A DNA stretch of 64,000 nt from Thiobacillaceae bacterium (GCA_044227325.1 JBGAFI010000003.1:45252-109251); one strand, 5' to 3'; positions 13,566 to 23,317 are shown, counted from the stretch's first letter. The notes: generated by a model not told the origin, from the sequence alone. Translations and numbers: made by a program.

Positions 13566-15584
13566 ATGCCCAACCGCCTCGCCCAGGAAACCAGCCCCTA
13601 CCTCTTGCAACACGCCGACAATCCGGTGGACTGGCAGGCCTGGGGGCCGGAGGCGCTGGCGCAGGCGAAGCGGGAAGACAAGCCGATCCTGCTTTCGGTG
13701 GGTTATTCCACCTGCCACTGGTGCCACGTCATGGCGCGGGAGTGCTTCGAGGATGCGGACGTGGCGGCGGTGATGAACGCGCATTTCGTGTGCGTCAAGG
13801 TGGACCGGGAGGAGCGGCCGGACCTGGACCAGATCTACCAAGCCGCGCTGCAGCTGCTCACGCGCAAGGCCGGCGGCTGGCCACTGACCATGTTCCTGAT
13901 GCCGGATGGCACGCCTTTCTTCGGTGGCACCTATTTTCCCAAGGAGACGCGCTACAACCTGCCCGGCTTCGTGCAATTGATGGCGGGGGTGGTCAAGGCC
14001 TACCGGGAGCGGCGCGGCGAGATCGCAGAGCAGAACGCCTCCCTGCTCGCGGCCCTGGCGGCGAGCGGGCGGGAAGGCGCGCCCGGGGCGTTGGACGAGG
14101 CGCCCGTCCGGCAGGCGGTGGCGGACATCAAGCAGGGCTTCGACGCGGCGAATGGCGGCTATGGCGGCGCGCCCAAGTTCCCACGCCCGGCGGAGCTGGA
14201 GTTCCTGTTCGCCTCGGGAGATGCCGAGGCCCGCGCCCAGGCGCTGTTCACCCTGGAGAAGATGGCCGGGGGCGGACTCATGGACCAGCTCGGTGGCGGT
14301 TTCTTCCGCTATTCCACCGACGCCCACTGGGCCATCCCCCACTTCGAGAAGATGCTCTACGACAACGGTCCCCTGCTGGGGCTGTACGCCGACGCCTGGG
14401 CGGCCACCGGCGATCCGCTGTTCGAGCGTGCGGCGGCGGGTATCGTCGACTGGCTGGGGCGCGAGATGCTGACCACGGAAGGCGCGTTCCATTCGGCCCT
14501 GGACGCGGATTCGGAACACGAGGAAGGCCGGTTCTACGTGTGGCCGCCGAAGCTGGTGGAATCCCTGCTGACGCCGGCGGAGTACGCCCTGTCGCGGCCT
14601 CACTGGGGGCTCGATGCCACGCCCAACTTCGAGAACCGCGCCTGGCATCTGTGCGTGGAACATCCGTTGGCCGAGGTGGCGCAAGAACTCGGCCTGGAGC
14701 TGGCGGAAGCGGAATCCCGGCTGGAATCGGCCCGGCGCAAGCTGTTCGCGGCGCGGGAAACCCGCGTCCGGCCGGGTCGGGACGACAAGGTGCTGACCGG
14801 TTGGAACGCGCTGGCGATCAAGGGCCTGGCCCGCGCGGCCCGGCGCTTCGGCCGGCCGGACTGGCTGGCCTTGGCGCGCGGCGCGGCGGACGCCCTGCGC
14901 CTATTGGTCTGGAACAACGGCCGCCTGAGCGCCACCTGGCAGCAGGGCCGGGCGCGCCACAACGGCTATCTGGACGATTACGCGTTTCTGCTGGATGCCC
15001 TGCTGGAACTGCTCCAGGCGGATTGGCGCGACGCGGAACTGGCCTGGGCGCGGGAATTGGCCGAGGCCCAGTTGGCCCATTTCGAGGATGCCGAGGCGGG
15101 CGGATTTTTCTTTACCAGCCACGACCACGAGAAGCTGATCCACCGGGCGAAGCCGGTCCACGACAACGCCACGCCCTCCGGCAACGGCGTCGCCGCCGTC
15201 GCCCTGGGGCGACTGGGCCTGCTGCTGGACGAGCCGCGCTACGGCCGGGCCGTGGAACGGGGCTTGCGCCTGTTCCAGGCGGCCATGCTGGAAATGCCGG
15301 CGCCCTTCGCCAGCCTGCTCACCGCCCAGCGGGAATGCCTGGCGCCGCCCCGGATCGTGGTCCTGACCGGACCGAAAGCGGAATTGGCGCAATGGAAGCG
15401 GGCCGCGGACCGCGCCGCCGGCCCGCGCGATCTGGTCTTCGCGTTTTCCGGCGCCGGCCCGGAAGTTCCCGCCGGTTTGCGCAAGCCGGTGAAAAACGCG
15501 GTCAACGCTTATGTCTGCACTGGCGTTAATTGCCTACCGGAAATAGTCCAAATTCATGATCTATTGACTATTTTCAGTGACTAG
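13566..15584 (+). CDS. Thioredoxin-domain (DUF255) / N-acylglucosamine-2-epimerase-like protein (YyaL family)
   Basis: N-terminus [27 protein letters not shown]...[11 protein letters not shown] is the DUF255 signature. The long C-terminal part is an alpha/alpha-toroid-like region. Confidence 0.85.
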   Translation: MPNRLAQETSPYLLQHADNPVDWQAWGPEALAQAKREDKPILLSVGYSTCHWCHVMARECFEDADVAAVMNAHFVCVKVDREERPDLDQIYQAALQLLTRKAGGWPLTMFLMPDGTPFFGGTYFPKETRYNLPGFVQLMAGVVKAYRERRGEIAEQNASLLAALAASGREGAPGALDEAPVRQAVADIKQGFDAANGGYGGAPKFPRPAELEFLFASGDAEARAQALFTLEKMAGGGLMDQLGGGFFRYSTDAHWAIPHFEKMLYDNGPLLGLYADAWAATGDPLFERAAAGIVDWLGREMLTTEGAFHSALDADSEHEEGRFYVWPPKLVESLLTPAEYALSRPHWGLDATPNFENRAWHLCVEHPLAEVAQELGLELAEAESRLESARRKLFAARETRVRPGRDDKVLTGWNALAIKGLARAARRFGRPDWLALARGAADALRLLVWNNGRLSATWQQGRARHNGYLDDYAFLLDALLELLQADWRDAELAWARELAEAQLAHFEDAEAGGFFFTSHDHEKLIHRAKPVHDNATPSGNGVAAVALGRLGLLLDEPRYGRAVERGLRLFQAAMLEMPAPFASLLTAQRECLAPPRIVVLTGPKAELAQWKRAADRAAGPRDLVFAFSGAGPEVPAGLRKPVKNAVNAYVCTGVNCLPEIVQIHDLLTIFSD

Positions 15585-15640
15585 GCCGTCCAGTAAGATT
15601 CGCCGCGCAACGTAAGTTGCCTTACAAGGAGATTAATCAA

Positions 15641-15946
15641 ATGAAAGCTATCGTGTTTGCTGCCGCCGCTGCTCTGGCTCTGACCGCGGGTGTCGCTTCC
15701 GCCGATATGGCGCTGGCGCAGAAAAGTGCTTGCCTGAGCTGCCATCAGGTCGACAAGAAGGTCGTGGGCCCCGCGTTCAAGGATGTGGCCAAGAAGTACA
15801 AGGGCGACGCCAAGGCCGAGGAACATATCGTCGGCGTCATCAAGAAGGGTGGCAAGGGCGTTTGGGGTCCGGTTCCCATGCCTCCGCACCCGCAGGTTTC
15901 CGACGAAAACGCCAAGAAGCTGGCCGAGTGGGTTCTGTCCCTGTAA
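15641..15946 (+). CDS. Cytochrome c-551/c-552 family (class I, periplasmic)
   Basis: Signal peptide, haem motif CLSCH, then VVGPAFKDVAKKY...GVWGPVPMPPH. It is closely colinear with Pseudomonas cytochrome c-551. Confidence 0.9.
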   Translation: MKAIVFAAAAALALTAGVASADMALAQKSACLSCHQVDKKVVGPAFKDVAKKYKGDAKAEEHIVGVIKKGGKGVWGPVPMPPHPQVSDENAKKLAEWVLSL

Positions 15947-15963
15947 GGCTTGCCGATTCGGCG

Positions 15964-15990
15964 AAAAGGCCGGGCTTGCCCGGCCTTTTT
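15964..15990 (+). terminator. Intrinsic terminator after the cytochrome c gene
   Basis: AAAAGGCCGGGC-TTGC-CCGGCCTTTTT, a perfect GC-rich stem plus a T-run. Confidence 0.75.
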
Positions 15991-16090
15991 CATTGTTCCG
16001 GCGTGGCATGTCCCCCGCTCCGCCGGCCGAGCCCGATGCGCGCCGGTGTGATATAAATCGCGTGTTTCCAGGCTTTTCAGGGGTTTTCAG

Positions 16091-17236
16091 GTGATTCACG
16101 CAAAATATTCCTTTTCCGCTCTGGCGCTCGCCCTGGTCTTCGCGCTTTCCGGTTGCGGCGAGAAAAAGAGCGAAGGCGGCGACATCGTCAAGATCGGTTC
16201 CGTCGCGCCCCTGACCGGTCCGCAGACCCACATCGGCAAGGACAACGAGAACGGCGCCCGCCTGGCGGTGGACGAGATCAACGCGAAAGGCCTGGAGCTG
16301 GGCGGCAAGAAGGTGAAGCTGGAGCTGTTGGGCGAGGACGACCAGGCGGAGCCCAAGACCGCCACCATCGTCGCCCAGAAGCTGGTGGACGCGGGCGTGG
16401 TGGCGGTGATCGGCCACCTGAATTCCGGCACCACCATCCCGGCCTCGAAGATCTACCACGACGCCGGCATTCCCCAGATTTCCCCCTCCGCCACCGCCGT
16501 GGCCTATACCGCCCAGGGCTACAACACCGCCTACCGGGTGATGGCCAACGACGCTCAGCAGGGCAAGGCCCTGGGCCAGTTCGCGGTGGGCAAGATGGGG
16601 GTGAGGAAGATCGCCATCATCGACGACCGCACCGCTTACGGCCAGGGCCTCGCGGATGAGTTCGAGAAGGCCGCGCAGGCCGCCGGCGGCGAGGTGGTCG
16701 CGCGGGAATTCACCAACGACAAGGCCACGGATTTCACCGCCATCCTCACCAGCATCAAGGGCAAGAGCCCGGACCTGGTGTTCTTCGGCGGCATGGATCC
16801 CCAGGGTGGGCCCATGGCCCAGCAGATGAAGCGGCTGGGACTGAGCGCCAAACTGCTCGGCGGCGACGGCCTGCAGAACATCAACTTCCTCAAGCTGGCC
16901 GGCGCCGATGCCGAGGGCGTGGTCGCCTCTTCGCCCGGCCTGCCCATCGATTCCATGCCCGGCGGACCGGATTTTCGCAAGCGCTTCGAATCCAAGTACG
17001 GCGTGATCCAGGTCTACGCGCCCTACGCCTACGACGCCGTCTATGCCCTGGTGGACGCGATGAAGCGCGCCGGGTCCGCCGAGCCGGCGAAAGTGCTGGC
17101 CGAGTTGCCGAAGGTCGACATCCAGGGCGTGTCCGGCCCGGTCAAGTTCGACGCGAAGGGCGACACCATGGGCGGCGCCGTCACCGTCTACGAGGTCAAG
17201 GACGGCGCCTGGAAGGTGCTGGAAACGGTGAAATGA
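16091..17236 (+). CDS. livK: Branched-chain amino acid ABC transporter substrate-binding lipoprotein
   Basis: 381 aa. Lipobox LSGC. LivJ/K-type periplasmic binding fold sequence. First gene of a livKHMGF-ordered operon. The start is GTG per the track. Confidence 0.85.
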   Translation: MIHAKYSFSALALALVFALSGCGEKKSEGGDIVKIGSVAPLTGPQTHIGKDNENGARLAVDEINAKGLELGGKKVKLELLGEDDQAEPKTATIVAQKLVDAGVVAVIGHLNSGTTIPASKIYHDAGIPQISPSATAVAYTAQGYNTAYRVMANDAQQGKALGQFAVGKMGVRKIAIIDDRTAYGQGLADEFEKAAQAAGGEVVAREFTNDKATDFTAILTSIKGKSPDLVFFGGMDPQGGPMAQQMKRLGLSAKLLGGDGLQNINFLKLAGADAEGVVASSPGLPIDSMPGGPDFRKRFESKYGVIQVYAPYAYDAVYALVDAMKRAGSAEPAKVLAELPKVDIQGVSGPVKFDAKGDTMGGAVTVYEVKDGAWKVLETVK

Positions 17237-17270
17237 TCTTCCCCCCTCGCTCTTCGGGCGCGGGTTAGGC

Positions 17271-18200
17271 ATGGACATCTTCACCCAGCAACTCGTCAAC
17301 GGCCTGGTTCTGGGCAGCATCTACGCCTTGGTGGCGCTGGGCTACACCATGGTTTACGGCATCCTGGAGCTGATCAACTTCGCCCACGGCGAGGTGACCA
17401 TGATCGGCGCGATGGTGGCCCTCGCCGTCATCGGCGCGCTGGTGGGCGCCGCGCCCGATCTGCCCGGGCTCCTGGTGGTGGTGGCGGGCCTGCTGGTGGC
17501 GATCCCGGCCTGCATGGCACTGGCCTTCGCCATCGAGAAGATCGCCTACCGGCCCTTGCGCCGCGCGCCGCGTCTGGCGCCGCTGATCACCGCCATCGGC
17601 GTCTCCATCATCCTGCAGAACCTGGCCATGCTGGTGTGGGGCCGCCAGTACGTGTCCTTCCCGCCCATCCTGCCGCGCGGCCAGCACGAGTTCCTGGGCG
17701 CCAGCATCACCGATCTGCAGATCGTCATCGTCGTCCTGTCCCTGACGACCATGGCCGGCCTGGTGCTGCTGGTGGAAAAGACCCGGCTCGGCCGCGCCAT
17801 GCGCGCCACCGCCCAGTCCCGGGAAGTGGCGGAACTGATGGGCGTGAACGTGGACCGGGTCATCTCCGCGACCTTCGTCATCGGTGCCGCCATCGCCGCC
17901 ATCGCCGGCGTGATGGTGAGCGCCTACTACGGCCTGGCGCATTACTACATGGGCTTCATGCTGGGTCTCAAGGCGTTTTCCGCCGCCGTGCTGGGCGGTA
18001 TCGGCAACATCGCCGGGGCCATGCTGGGCGGCCTCCTGCTGGGGGTCATCGAAGCCCTGGGCGCCGGCTACATCGGCGACCTGACCGGCGGTTTCCTGGG
18101 CAGCCACTATCAGGACGTGTTCGCCTTCTTCGTGCTGATCCTGGTGCTGGTGTTCCGGCCGTCCGGCCTGCTGGGGGAGCGGGTTGCCAGTCGTGCTTAA
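17271..18200 (+). CDS. livH: Branched-chain amino acid ABC permease
   Basis: 309 aa polytopic protein with N-terminus MDIFTQQLVNGLVLGSIYALVALGYTMVYG, typical of LivH. Confidence 0.92.
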   Translation: MDIFTQQLVNGLVLGSIYALVALGYTMVYGILELINFAHGEVTMIGAMVALAVIGALVGAAPDLPGLLVVVAGLLVAIPACMALAFAIEKIAYRPLRRAPRLAPLITAIGVSIILQNLAMLVWGRQYVSFPPILPRGQHEFLGASITDLQIVIVVLSLTTMAGLVLLVEKTRLGRAMRATAQSREVAELMGVNVDRVISATFVIGAAIAAIAGVMVSAYYGLAHYYMGFMLGLKAFSAAVLGGIGNIAGAMLGGLLLGVIEALGAGYIGDLTGGFLGSHYQDVFAFFVLILVLVFRPSGLLGERVASRA

Positions 18201-19296
18201 GTTCCTGCGCGAGCGTCCCCGCCTCGCTTTCGCGCTCCTGGCCGTCCTGTTGTTCGCGCTGCCCTTCCTGGTCGGGTCCGGTCTCGGCAATTCCTGGGTG
18301 CGGGTGCTGGATTTCGTCCTGCTGTATGTGCTGCTGGCCCTGGGCCTGAACATCGTCGTCGGCTACGCGGGCCTGCTGGACCTGGGCTACATCGCCTTCT
18401 ACGCCCTGGGCGCCTATCTCTATGCCTGGCTCGCCAGCCCGCACTTCGGCCTGCACCTGCCGTTCTGGATCGTCCTGCCCCTGGGCGCCGCGTTCGCCGG
18501 CGTGTTCGGCGTGTTGCTGGGGGCGCCGACTTTGCGTCTGCGCGGTGACTATCTGGCCATCGTCACCCTGGGCTTCGGCGAGATCATCCGCATCTTCATG
18601 AACAACCTGAACTCGCCGTTCAACCTGACCAACGGACCCCAGGGCATGAACCTGATCGACCCGGTGCGCATCGGCGACTTTTCCCTGGGCAAGACCCAGC
18701 ATGTCCTGGGCGTCGCCCTGCCCTCCACCTATCTGTATTACTACCTGTTCCTGGCCGCGACCCTGCTGGTCATCCTGGTGGCCATGCGCCTGCAGGATTC
18801 CCGCATCGGCCGCGCCTGGGCCGCGCTGCGGGAGGACGAGGTGGCGGCGGCGGCCATGGGCATCAACACCCGCAACGTGAAACTGCTGGCCTTCGCCATG
18901 GGCGCCACCTTCGGCGGCCTCGCCGGCGGCCTGTTCGCGGCCTTCCAGGGCTTCATCAGCCCGGAAAGCTTCAATCTGTGGGAGTCCATCCTGGTGCTGT
19001 GCATGATCGTCCTGGGCGGCATGGGCAACATCCCCGGCGTGATCCTCGGCGCGGTGCTGCTGACGGTGATTCCCGAAGCCCTGCGCTACCTGGGCGATCT
19101 GCAACGGGCGACCCTGGGTCAAGTCTTCGTCGATCCCGCCGATCTGCGCATGCTCCTGTTCGGCGTGGCCCTGGTGGCCATGATGCTGTACCGGCCCGCC
19201 GGCCTGCTGCCCTCGCGCCAGCGCAAGCGGGAGTTCGGGGCGAAGGACGGCGTCGCCGAGCAGGAACAGGCCGACCTTTACGACGCCCGGGCCTGA
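18184..19296 (+). CDS. livM: Branched-chain amino acid ABC permease
   Basis: 370 aa polytopic protein with LGLNIVVGYAGLLDLGY. The start is uncertain: TTG at 18184 or in-frame GTG at 18193. It overlaps the livH end. Confidence 0.88.
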   Translation: MPVVLKFLRERPRLAFALLAVLLFALPFLVGSGLGNSWVRVLDFVLLYVLLALGLNIVVGYAGLLDLGYIAFYALGAYLYAWLASPHFGLHLPFWIVLPLGAAFAGVFGVLLGAPTLRLRGDYLAIVTLGFGEIIRIFMNNLNSPFNLTNGPQGMNLIDPVRIGDFSLGKTQHVLGVALPSTYLYYYLFLAATLLVILVAMRLQDSRIGRAWAALREDEVAAAAMGINTRNVKLLAFAMGATFGGLAGGLFAAFQGFISPESFNLWESILVLCMIVLGGMGNIPGVILGAVLLTVIPEALRYLGDLQRATLGQVFVDPADLRMLLFGVALVAMMLYRPAGLLPSRQRKREFGAKDGVAEQEQADLYDARA

Positions 19297-19297
19297 C

Positions 19298-20089
19298 ATG
19301 ACAGAGCGCTCGCGAGAACTCCTGCGCGTCTCGGGCGTGACCAAGCGCTTTGGCGGCCTCGCCGCGCTGGACGACGTTTCGCTCAGTGTGGGCGAAGGCG
19401 AGATCTACGGCCTGATCGGCCCCAACGGCGCCGGCAAGACCACCCTGTTCAACTGCATGACCGGGCTGTATTCGGTGACCTCCGGCCGGGTCGAACTGGC
19501 GGGAGCGGCCATCCAGGGCATCAAGCCACACCAGATCGTGCAACGCGGCTTCGCGCGCACCTTCCAGAACATCCGCCTGTTCGCCAACATGACCGCCCTG
19601 GAAAACGTGATGGTGGGGCGCCATGCCCGCACCCGCGCCGGCGTGCTCGGCGCCGTCTTCCGCGGCGCCCGCACCCGCGCCGAGGAGGCGGCCATCCGCA
19701 GCAAGGCGCGCGAACTGATGGAATACGTGGGCCTGAAGAACAAGGGCCGCGGACTGGCCGGGCACCTCTCCTACGGCGACCAGCGTCGTCTGGAAATCGC
19801 CCGCGCCCTGGCCACGGAACCCAAACTTTTGGCGCTGGACGAGCCGGTGGCGGGCATGAATCCCACCGAACGACGCCAGATGAGCGATCTGTTCCTCAAG
19901 TTGCGCGACGGCGGCGTCACCCTGCTGCTGATCGAACACGACGTGAAGCTGGTGATGGGTCTGTGCGACCGGGTCGCGGTGCTGGACTATGGCCGCAAGA
20001 TCGCCGAGGGCGAGCCGGAGGTCGTGCAGCAGGACAAGGGCGTGATCGCGGCCTATCTGGGCGGCGACGTGGAGGGCGAGACGCCGTGA
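19298..20089 (+). CDS. livG: Branched-chain amino acid ABC ATP-binding protein
   Basis: Walker A GPNGAGKTT, ABC signature YGDQRRLEIARAL, Walker B LLALDEP. Confidence 0.93.
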   Translation: MTERSRELLRVSGVTKRFGGLAALDDVSLSVGEGEIYGLIGPNGAGKTTLFNCMTGLYSVTSGRVELAGAAIQGIKPHQIVQRGFARTFQNIRLFANMTALENVMVGRHARTRAGVLGAVFRGARTRAEEAAIRSKARELMEYVGLKNKGRGLAGHLSYGDQRRLEIARALATEPKLLALDEPVAGMNPTERRQMSDLFLKLRDGGVTLLLIEHDVKLVMGLCDRVAVLDYGRKIAEGEPEVVQQDKGVIAAYLGGDVEGETP

Positions 20090-20808
20090 GCTTGTTGGAA
20101 GCGCGCGGACTCAAGGTGGCCTACGGCGGCATCCAGGCCGTGCGCGGCATCGATTTCGAGGTCGCCGAGGGCGAACTGGTCTGCCTGATCGGCGCCAACG
20201 GCGCCGGCAAGAGCAGCACGCTGAAAGGCCTCATGGGCCTGGCCCATCCCCGGGGCGAGATCGTTTTCGCCGGCGAGAAGATCCATAAGCAGCCCACCCA
20301 CGCCATTGCCGCCCGGGGCTTGGCCCTGGTGCCCGAGGGGCGCGGCATCTTCGGCCGCCTGACGGTGGCGGAAAACCTGGAGATGGGCGCCTATATCCGG
20401 CGCGACAAAGCGGGCATCCTCGCCGACCGGGCGCGCGCCTACGACTTGTTTCCCCGTCTCGCGGAGCGGCGCGGCCAATTGGCCGGCACCCTGTCCGGCG
20501 GCGAACAGCAGATGCTCGCCATCGCCCGCGCCATGATGGGGCGTCCCAGGCTTCTGCTGCTGGACGAGCCGAGCATGGGGCTGGCGCCGCTGATGGTGAG
20601 GAAAATCTACGAAACCATCGCCGCCATCGCCCGCGAGGGGGTGACCATCCTGCTGGTGGAACAGAACGCGAACCTGGCGCTGCGCGTCAGTCAACGCGCC
20701 TATGTCCTGGAAAGCGGCGCCATCTCGCTGAGCGGCGAGGCGGCTGAACTAAGCGCCAACCCCCTGGTCAGAGCCGCCTATCTTGGGGATGAGAACGCCT
20801 CAAATTAG
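20086..20808 (+). CDS. livF: Branched-chain amino acid ABC ATP-binding protein
   Basis: A GTG start overlaps the livG stop (GTGA). Walker A GANGAGKSS, signature LSGGEQQMLAIARA. The track ORF starts earlier, at 19963, inside livG. Confidence 0.9.
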   Translation: MSLLEARGLKVAYGGIQAVRGIDFEVAEGELVCLIGANGAGKSSTLKGLMGLAHPRGEIVFAGEKIHKQPTHAIAARGLALVPEGRGIFGRLTVAENLEMGAYIRRDKAGILADRARAYDLFPRLAERRGQLAGTLSGGEQQMLAIARAMMGRPRLLLLDEPSMGLAPLMVRKIYETIAAIAREGVTILLVEQNANLALRVSQRAYVLESGAISLSGEAAELSANPLVRAAYLGDENASN

Positions 20809-20970
20809 GGCGTGCCCCAAGATTCCGTTGCAATTGCGCAACATAGAAATTCCCGCCCCTGGGGCGAGTATGGCGAACAATCGAATGTTCTAATATTCGT
20901 CCATATACTGCGGGCTCAGTTCCAGACACCTGTTTTACCCCTTTGTTATCAACCCTCTAGGAGTTTTGCC

Positions 20971-21627
20971 ATGAAGAAGATTTCCGCCCTGATCCTGGCC
21001 CTGGTTGCCCAATCCGCTTTCGCCCAAACCGCCGCCACCCCCGAGTCCACCGCTGCCCAGCTGCTGGACCCCGCCAAGGCCGCCGACATCGCCAAGGACC
21101 CCAAGGCCGCCGTCGCCGCGATGACCAACCTGATGGATCCCGCCACCGCCATGATCCTGATGCAGAAGGGCATGGATCCCGCCACCTTCACCAAGATGGC
21201 CCAGGCCGGCATGTCTCCTGACATCCTGAAGTCCTACGCCGCCTTCCTGGACCCCAACATGTACACCAAGTGGCTGGCCGCTTCCATGGACCCCAACTTC
21301 TACATGGCCGCCATGGCGCCCTTCATGAACCCCAACATGTACATGAAGTGGATGATGTCCCCCCTGGACCCCCGCGTTCTGCAAATGGGCATGGCTCCCC
21401 TGAACCCCAACATGTACATGAACTGGGCCATGGCTCCTGTCGCGCCCGCCAACATGAACCTGATGATGGCTCCCCTGAACCCCAACCTGTACACCCAATG
21501 GGCTGGCGCCGCTGCCGATCCCAAGACCTACGGCATGTGGGGCAGCTTCATGAACCCCGCCACCTACGGCAACATGGCTAACCCCTTCGCCGGCTTCATC
21601 CCCGTGCCCGCCGCTCCCGCCAAGTAA
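20971..21627 (+). CDS. Secreted Met/Pro/Asn-rich tandem-repeat protein, family not recognised
   Basis: AGGAG RBS 7 nt upstream and signal peptide MKKISALILALVAQSAFA. About 14 units of (M/L)(D/N)PxxYxxW. 28 Met in 218 aa by hand count, with no Cys or His. It has its own terminator. Confidence 0.8.
   Translation: MKKISALILALVAQSAFAQTAATPESTAAQLLDPAKAADIAKDPKAAVAAMTNLMDPATAMILMQKGMDPATFTKMAQAGMSPDILKSYAAFLDPNMYTKWLAASMDPNFYMAAMAPFMNPNMYMKWMMSPLDPRVLQMGMAPLNPNMYMNWAMAPVAPANMNLMMAPLNPNLYTQWAGAAADPKTYGMWGSFMNPATYGNMANPFAGFIPVPAAPAK
21327..21497 (+). repeat. 75-nt periodic tandem repeat inside the Met-rich gene
   Basis: GAACCCCAACATGTACATGAA occurs identically at 21327-21347 and 21402-21422. A degenerate copy, GAACCCCAACCTGTACA, starts at 21477. 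The period corresponds to 25 aa (N120, N145, N170). Confidence 0.85.
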
Positions 21628-21650
21628 TTCTCGCGGATTGCGCTAGCCTG

Positions 21651-21681
21651 AAAAGGGCGGAACTTCGGTTCCGCCCTTTTT
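21651..21681 (+). terminator. Intrinsic terminator after the Met-rich gene
   Basis: AAAAGGGCGGAAC-TTCG-GTTCCGCCCTTTTT. Confidence 0.8.
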
Positions 21682-21751
21682 GTTTGCACCACGATAAAGC
21701 ATGTTACTATTTGCTTATATTTCTTATCTCTATGATTGTTAAGGTTTTCGC

Positions 21752-22483
21752 ATGTTCGGCCGGGTGGCGCTCCTTTTGACTTTGTTGATTTTCGGTTTGT
21801 CCCTGGATGTCCAGGCTGCGACCGGAACGGCGCGCGCGCGAGCCAAAGTCTCGCAAGCCGGCCACAAGCTGACGGTCAAGAAGGTGCGCAGAAAGGACGG
21901 CAGCGTGGTCGTCCGTCTGGATATGCCCGCTGTGGCGTCGTCCGGCAGGACCGCGGATGCCGCTCCCAATCCGGCGGCTGGCGATGGGGCATTGGCCGGG
22001 GAAGTGGGGCCGGCCCAGGCCATCGCCCAGGCGAAGAATTCCCAGATCATGAATCAGTGGCTGGACGCGGTGACCGAGCCGCGTTTCATGACCGCCCTGG
22101 CCGCGGTGGCCCTGGAGCCCGGCGCCGAACCCAAAGCGCTGAATCGCGGCATCGACCCGGCCAAGGTGCGCAACTGGGCCGAATTCGTCGATCCGGATCT
22201 CTATCTGCGCTGGAAGGCGGGCATGCTCGACCCCCGCTTCAATCGGGCCATCCTGAAAAGCCAGCCGGAACTCCAGGCCGTGCCGTTCTGGATCGCTTTC
22301 CCCATGTATTTGGAGATTCCCGTCGAGGCGCGCGCGGGTGTCCCGCTGAAACCGACGCTCTGGTCAAATGCCTACAGCGGCGGACCCGGTGGCCAGGAGG
22401 CGGCCCAGGAGTGGCTCAAGCTGCCCATGCCGGACCCCAGGCTGAACCCCTGGCTCGGTCCCAACCGGCATTACCGCTATTAG
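21752..22483 (+). CDS. Secreted protein with related DPxxYxxW-type repeats, family not recognised
   Basis: 243 aa with signal peptide MFGRVALLLTLLIFGLSLDVQA. Repeats include IDPAKVRNWAEF, VDPDLYLRWKAG, LDPRFNRAILKS and PDPRLNPWLGP. Confidence 0.7.
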   Translation: MFGRVALLLTLLIFGLSLDVQAATGTARARAKVSQAGHKLTVKKVRRKDGSVVVRLDMPAVASSGRTADAAPNPAAGDGALAGEVGPAQAIAQAKNSQIMNQWLDAVTEPRFMTALAAVALEPGAEPKALNRGIDPAKVRNWAEFVDPDLYLRWKAGMLDPRFNRAILKSQPELQAVPFWIAFPMYLEIPVEARAGVPLKPTLWSNAYSGGPGGQEAAQEWLKLPMPDPRLNPWLGPNRHYRY

Positions 22484-23094
22484 GGCTGCCTGGCGGCCAG
22501 ATAGCCGCGCTCGGTAAGAATCCCGCTCAACGGGATATCCCATGCGTCGTTCGGTATCCGATCCACCTGCTGCGCGGCGAACGCGACCCCCACACGCCGC
22601 GGTTGCCGCCAGACGCGGCGCTTGCCCAGCCTGGCCAGGCTGGCATCGTAATAGCCCCCTCCCATGCCGACGCGCCAGCCCTGTTCATCGAAACCCAGCA
22701 GCGGCAGGAACAATACGTCCAGTTGCGTGGCCCGCACCTTGCGCGCGGGCGCGTGCCGATACTCCGGAATGCCGTAGCGATTCAGGCGCCAGGCCGGACG
22801 ATCACCCAAACGGATGAACCACAGCTTCCGGTGCCCGCGTCCCGGCACGACCGGGAGATAGCAATCCACGCCCATTAGGCGCGCCCGGCCGAGCAAGGGA
22901 AGCACGTCGATCTCGTTCTTGGCGGGCATGTAGAAGCCGATGCGCCGCTTGCGCGCCAGCAGGCGCTGGCGCAAGGCGTGACGGACCAGGCGCCGCCCGG
23001 CGAGGCGGCGCGCCGCCCGTGGCACCGCGGCGCGACGGGCGCGCAGTTCGCGCCGCAAGGCGGCTTTATCGGGAAAGTCGGAGGATGGGATCAT
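22480..23094 (-). CDS. ygfA: 5-formyltetrahydrofolate cyclo-ligase
   Basis: 204 aa with ...YMPAKNEID...LLGFDEQGWRVGMGGGYYD..., typical of MTHFS. Synteny zapA-ssrS-ygfA. Confidence 0.85.
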   Translation of the reverse strand: MIPSSDFPDKAALRRELRARRAAVPRAARRLAGRRLVRHALRQRLLARKRRIGFYMPAKNEIDVLPLLGRARLMGVDCYLPVVPGRGHRKLWFIRLGDRPAWRLNRYGIPEYRHAPARKVRATQLDVLFLPLLGFDEQGWRVGMGGGYYDASLARLGKRRVWRQPRRVGVAFAAQQVDRIPNDAWDIPLSGILTERGYLAARQP

Positions 23095-23099
23095 GAAGA

Positions 23100-23290
23100 A
23101 GGGTCTCCCCGCTCGCGCCGTCTGGGCTGCAATCCTGAACCCTGGGGTTCAAGGTCGGTCACGGCGCCGTCGCTTCGGGTACATGGGACAAGCCACGCGC
23201 ACACCCGCGATGGAACTACAGTGACCTGCGCTTACGCTTATCGGTTCAAAGAATACGCAACCTTCGCGAGCGGAGCAGGGAGATTGATTC
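23100..23290 (-). ncRNA. ssrS: 6S RNA
   Basis: It occupies the zapA/ygfA spacer, as in E. coli. The terminal stem pairs CUCCCUGCUCCGCUCGCG (5') with CGCGAGCGGGGAGAC (3'). The conserved 3'-half hairpin CCUUGAACCCCAGGGUUCAGG matches the E. coli CCUUGAACCAAGGGUUCAAGG element. The ends are approximate. Confidence 0.8.
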
Positions 23291-23317
23291 GCCCGGGACA
23301 ATGGCGTCCGCGAGCGT

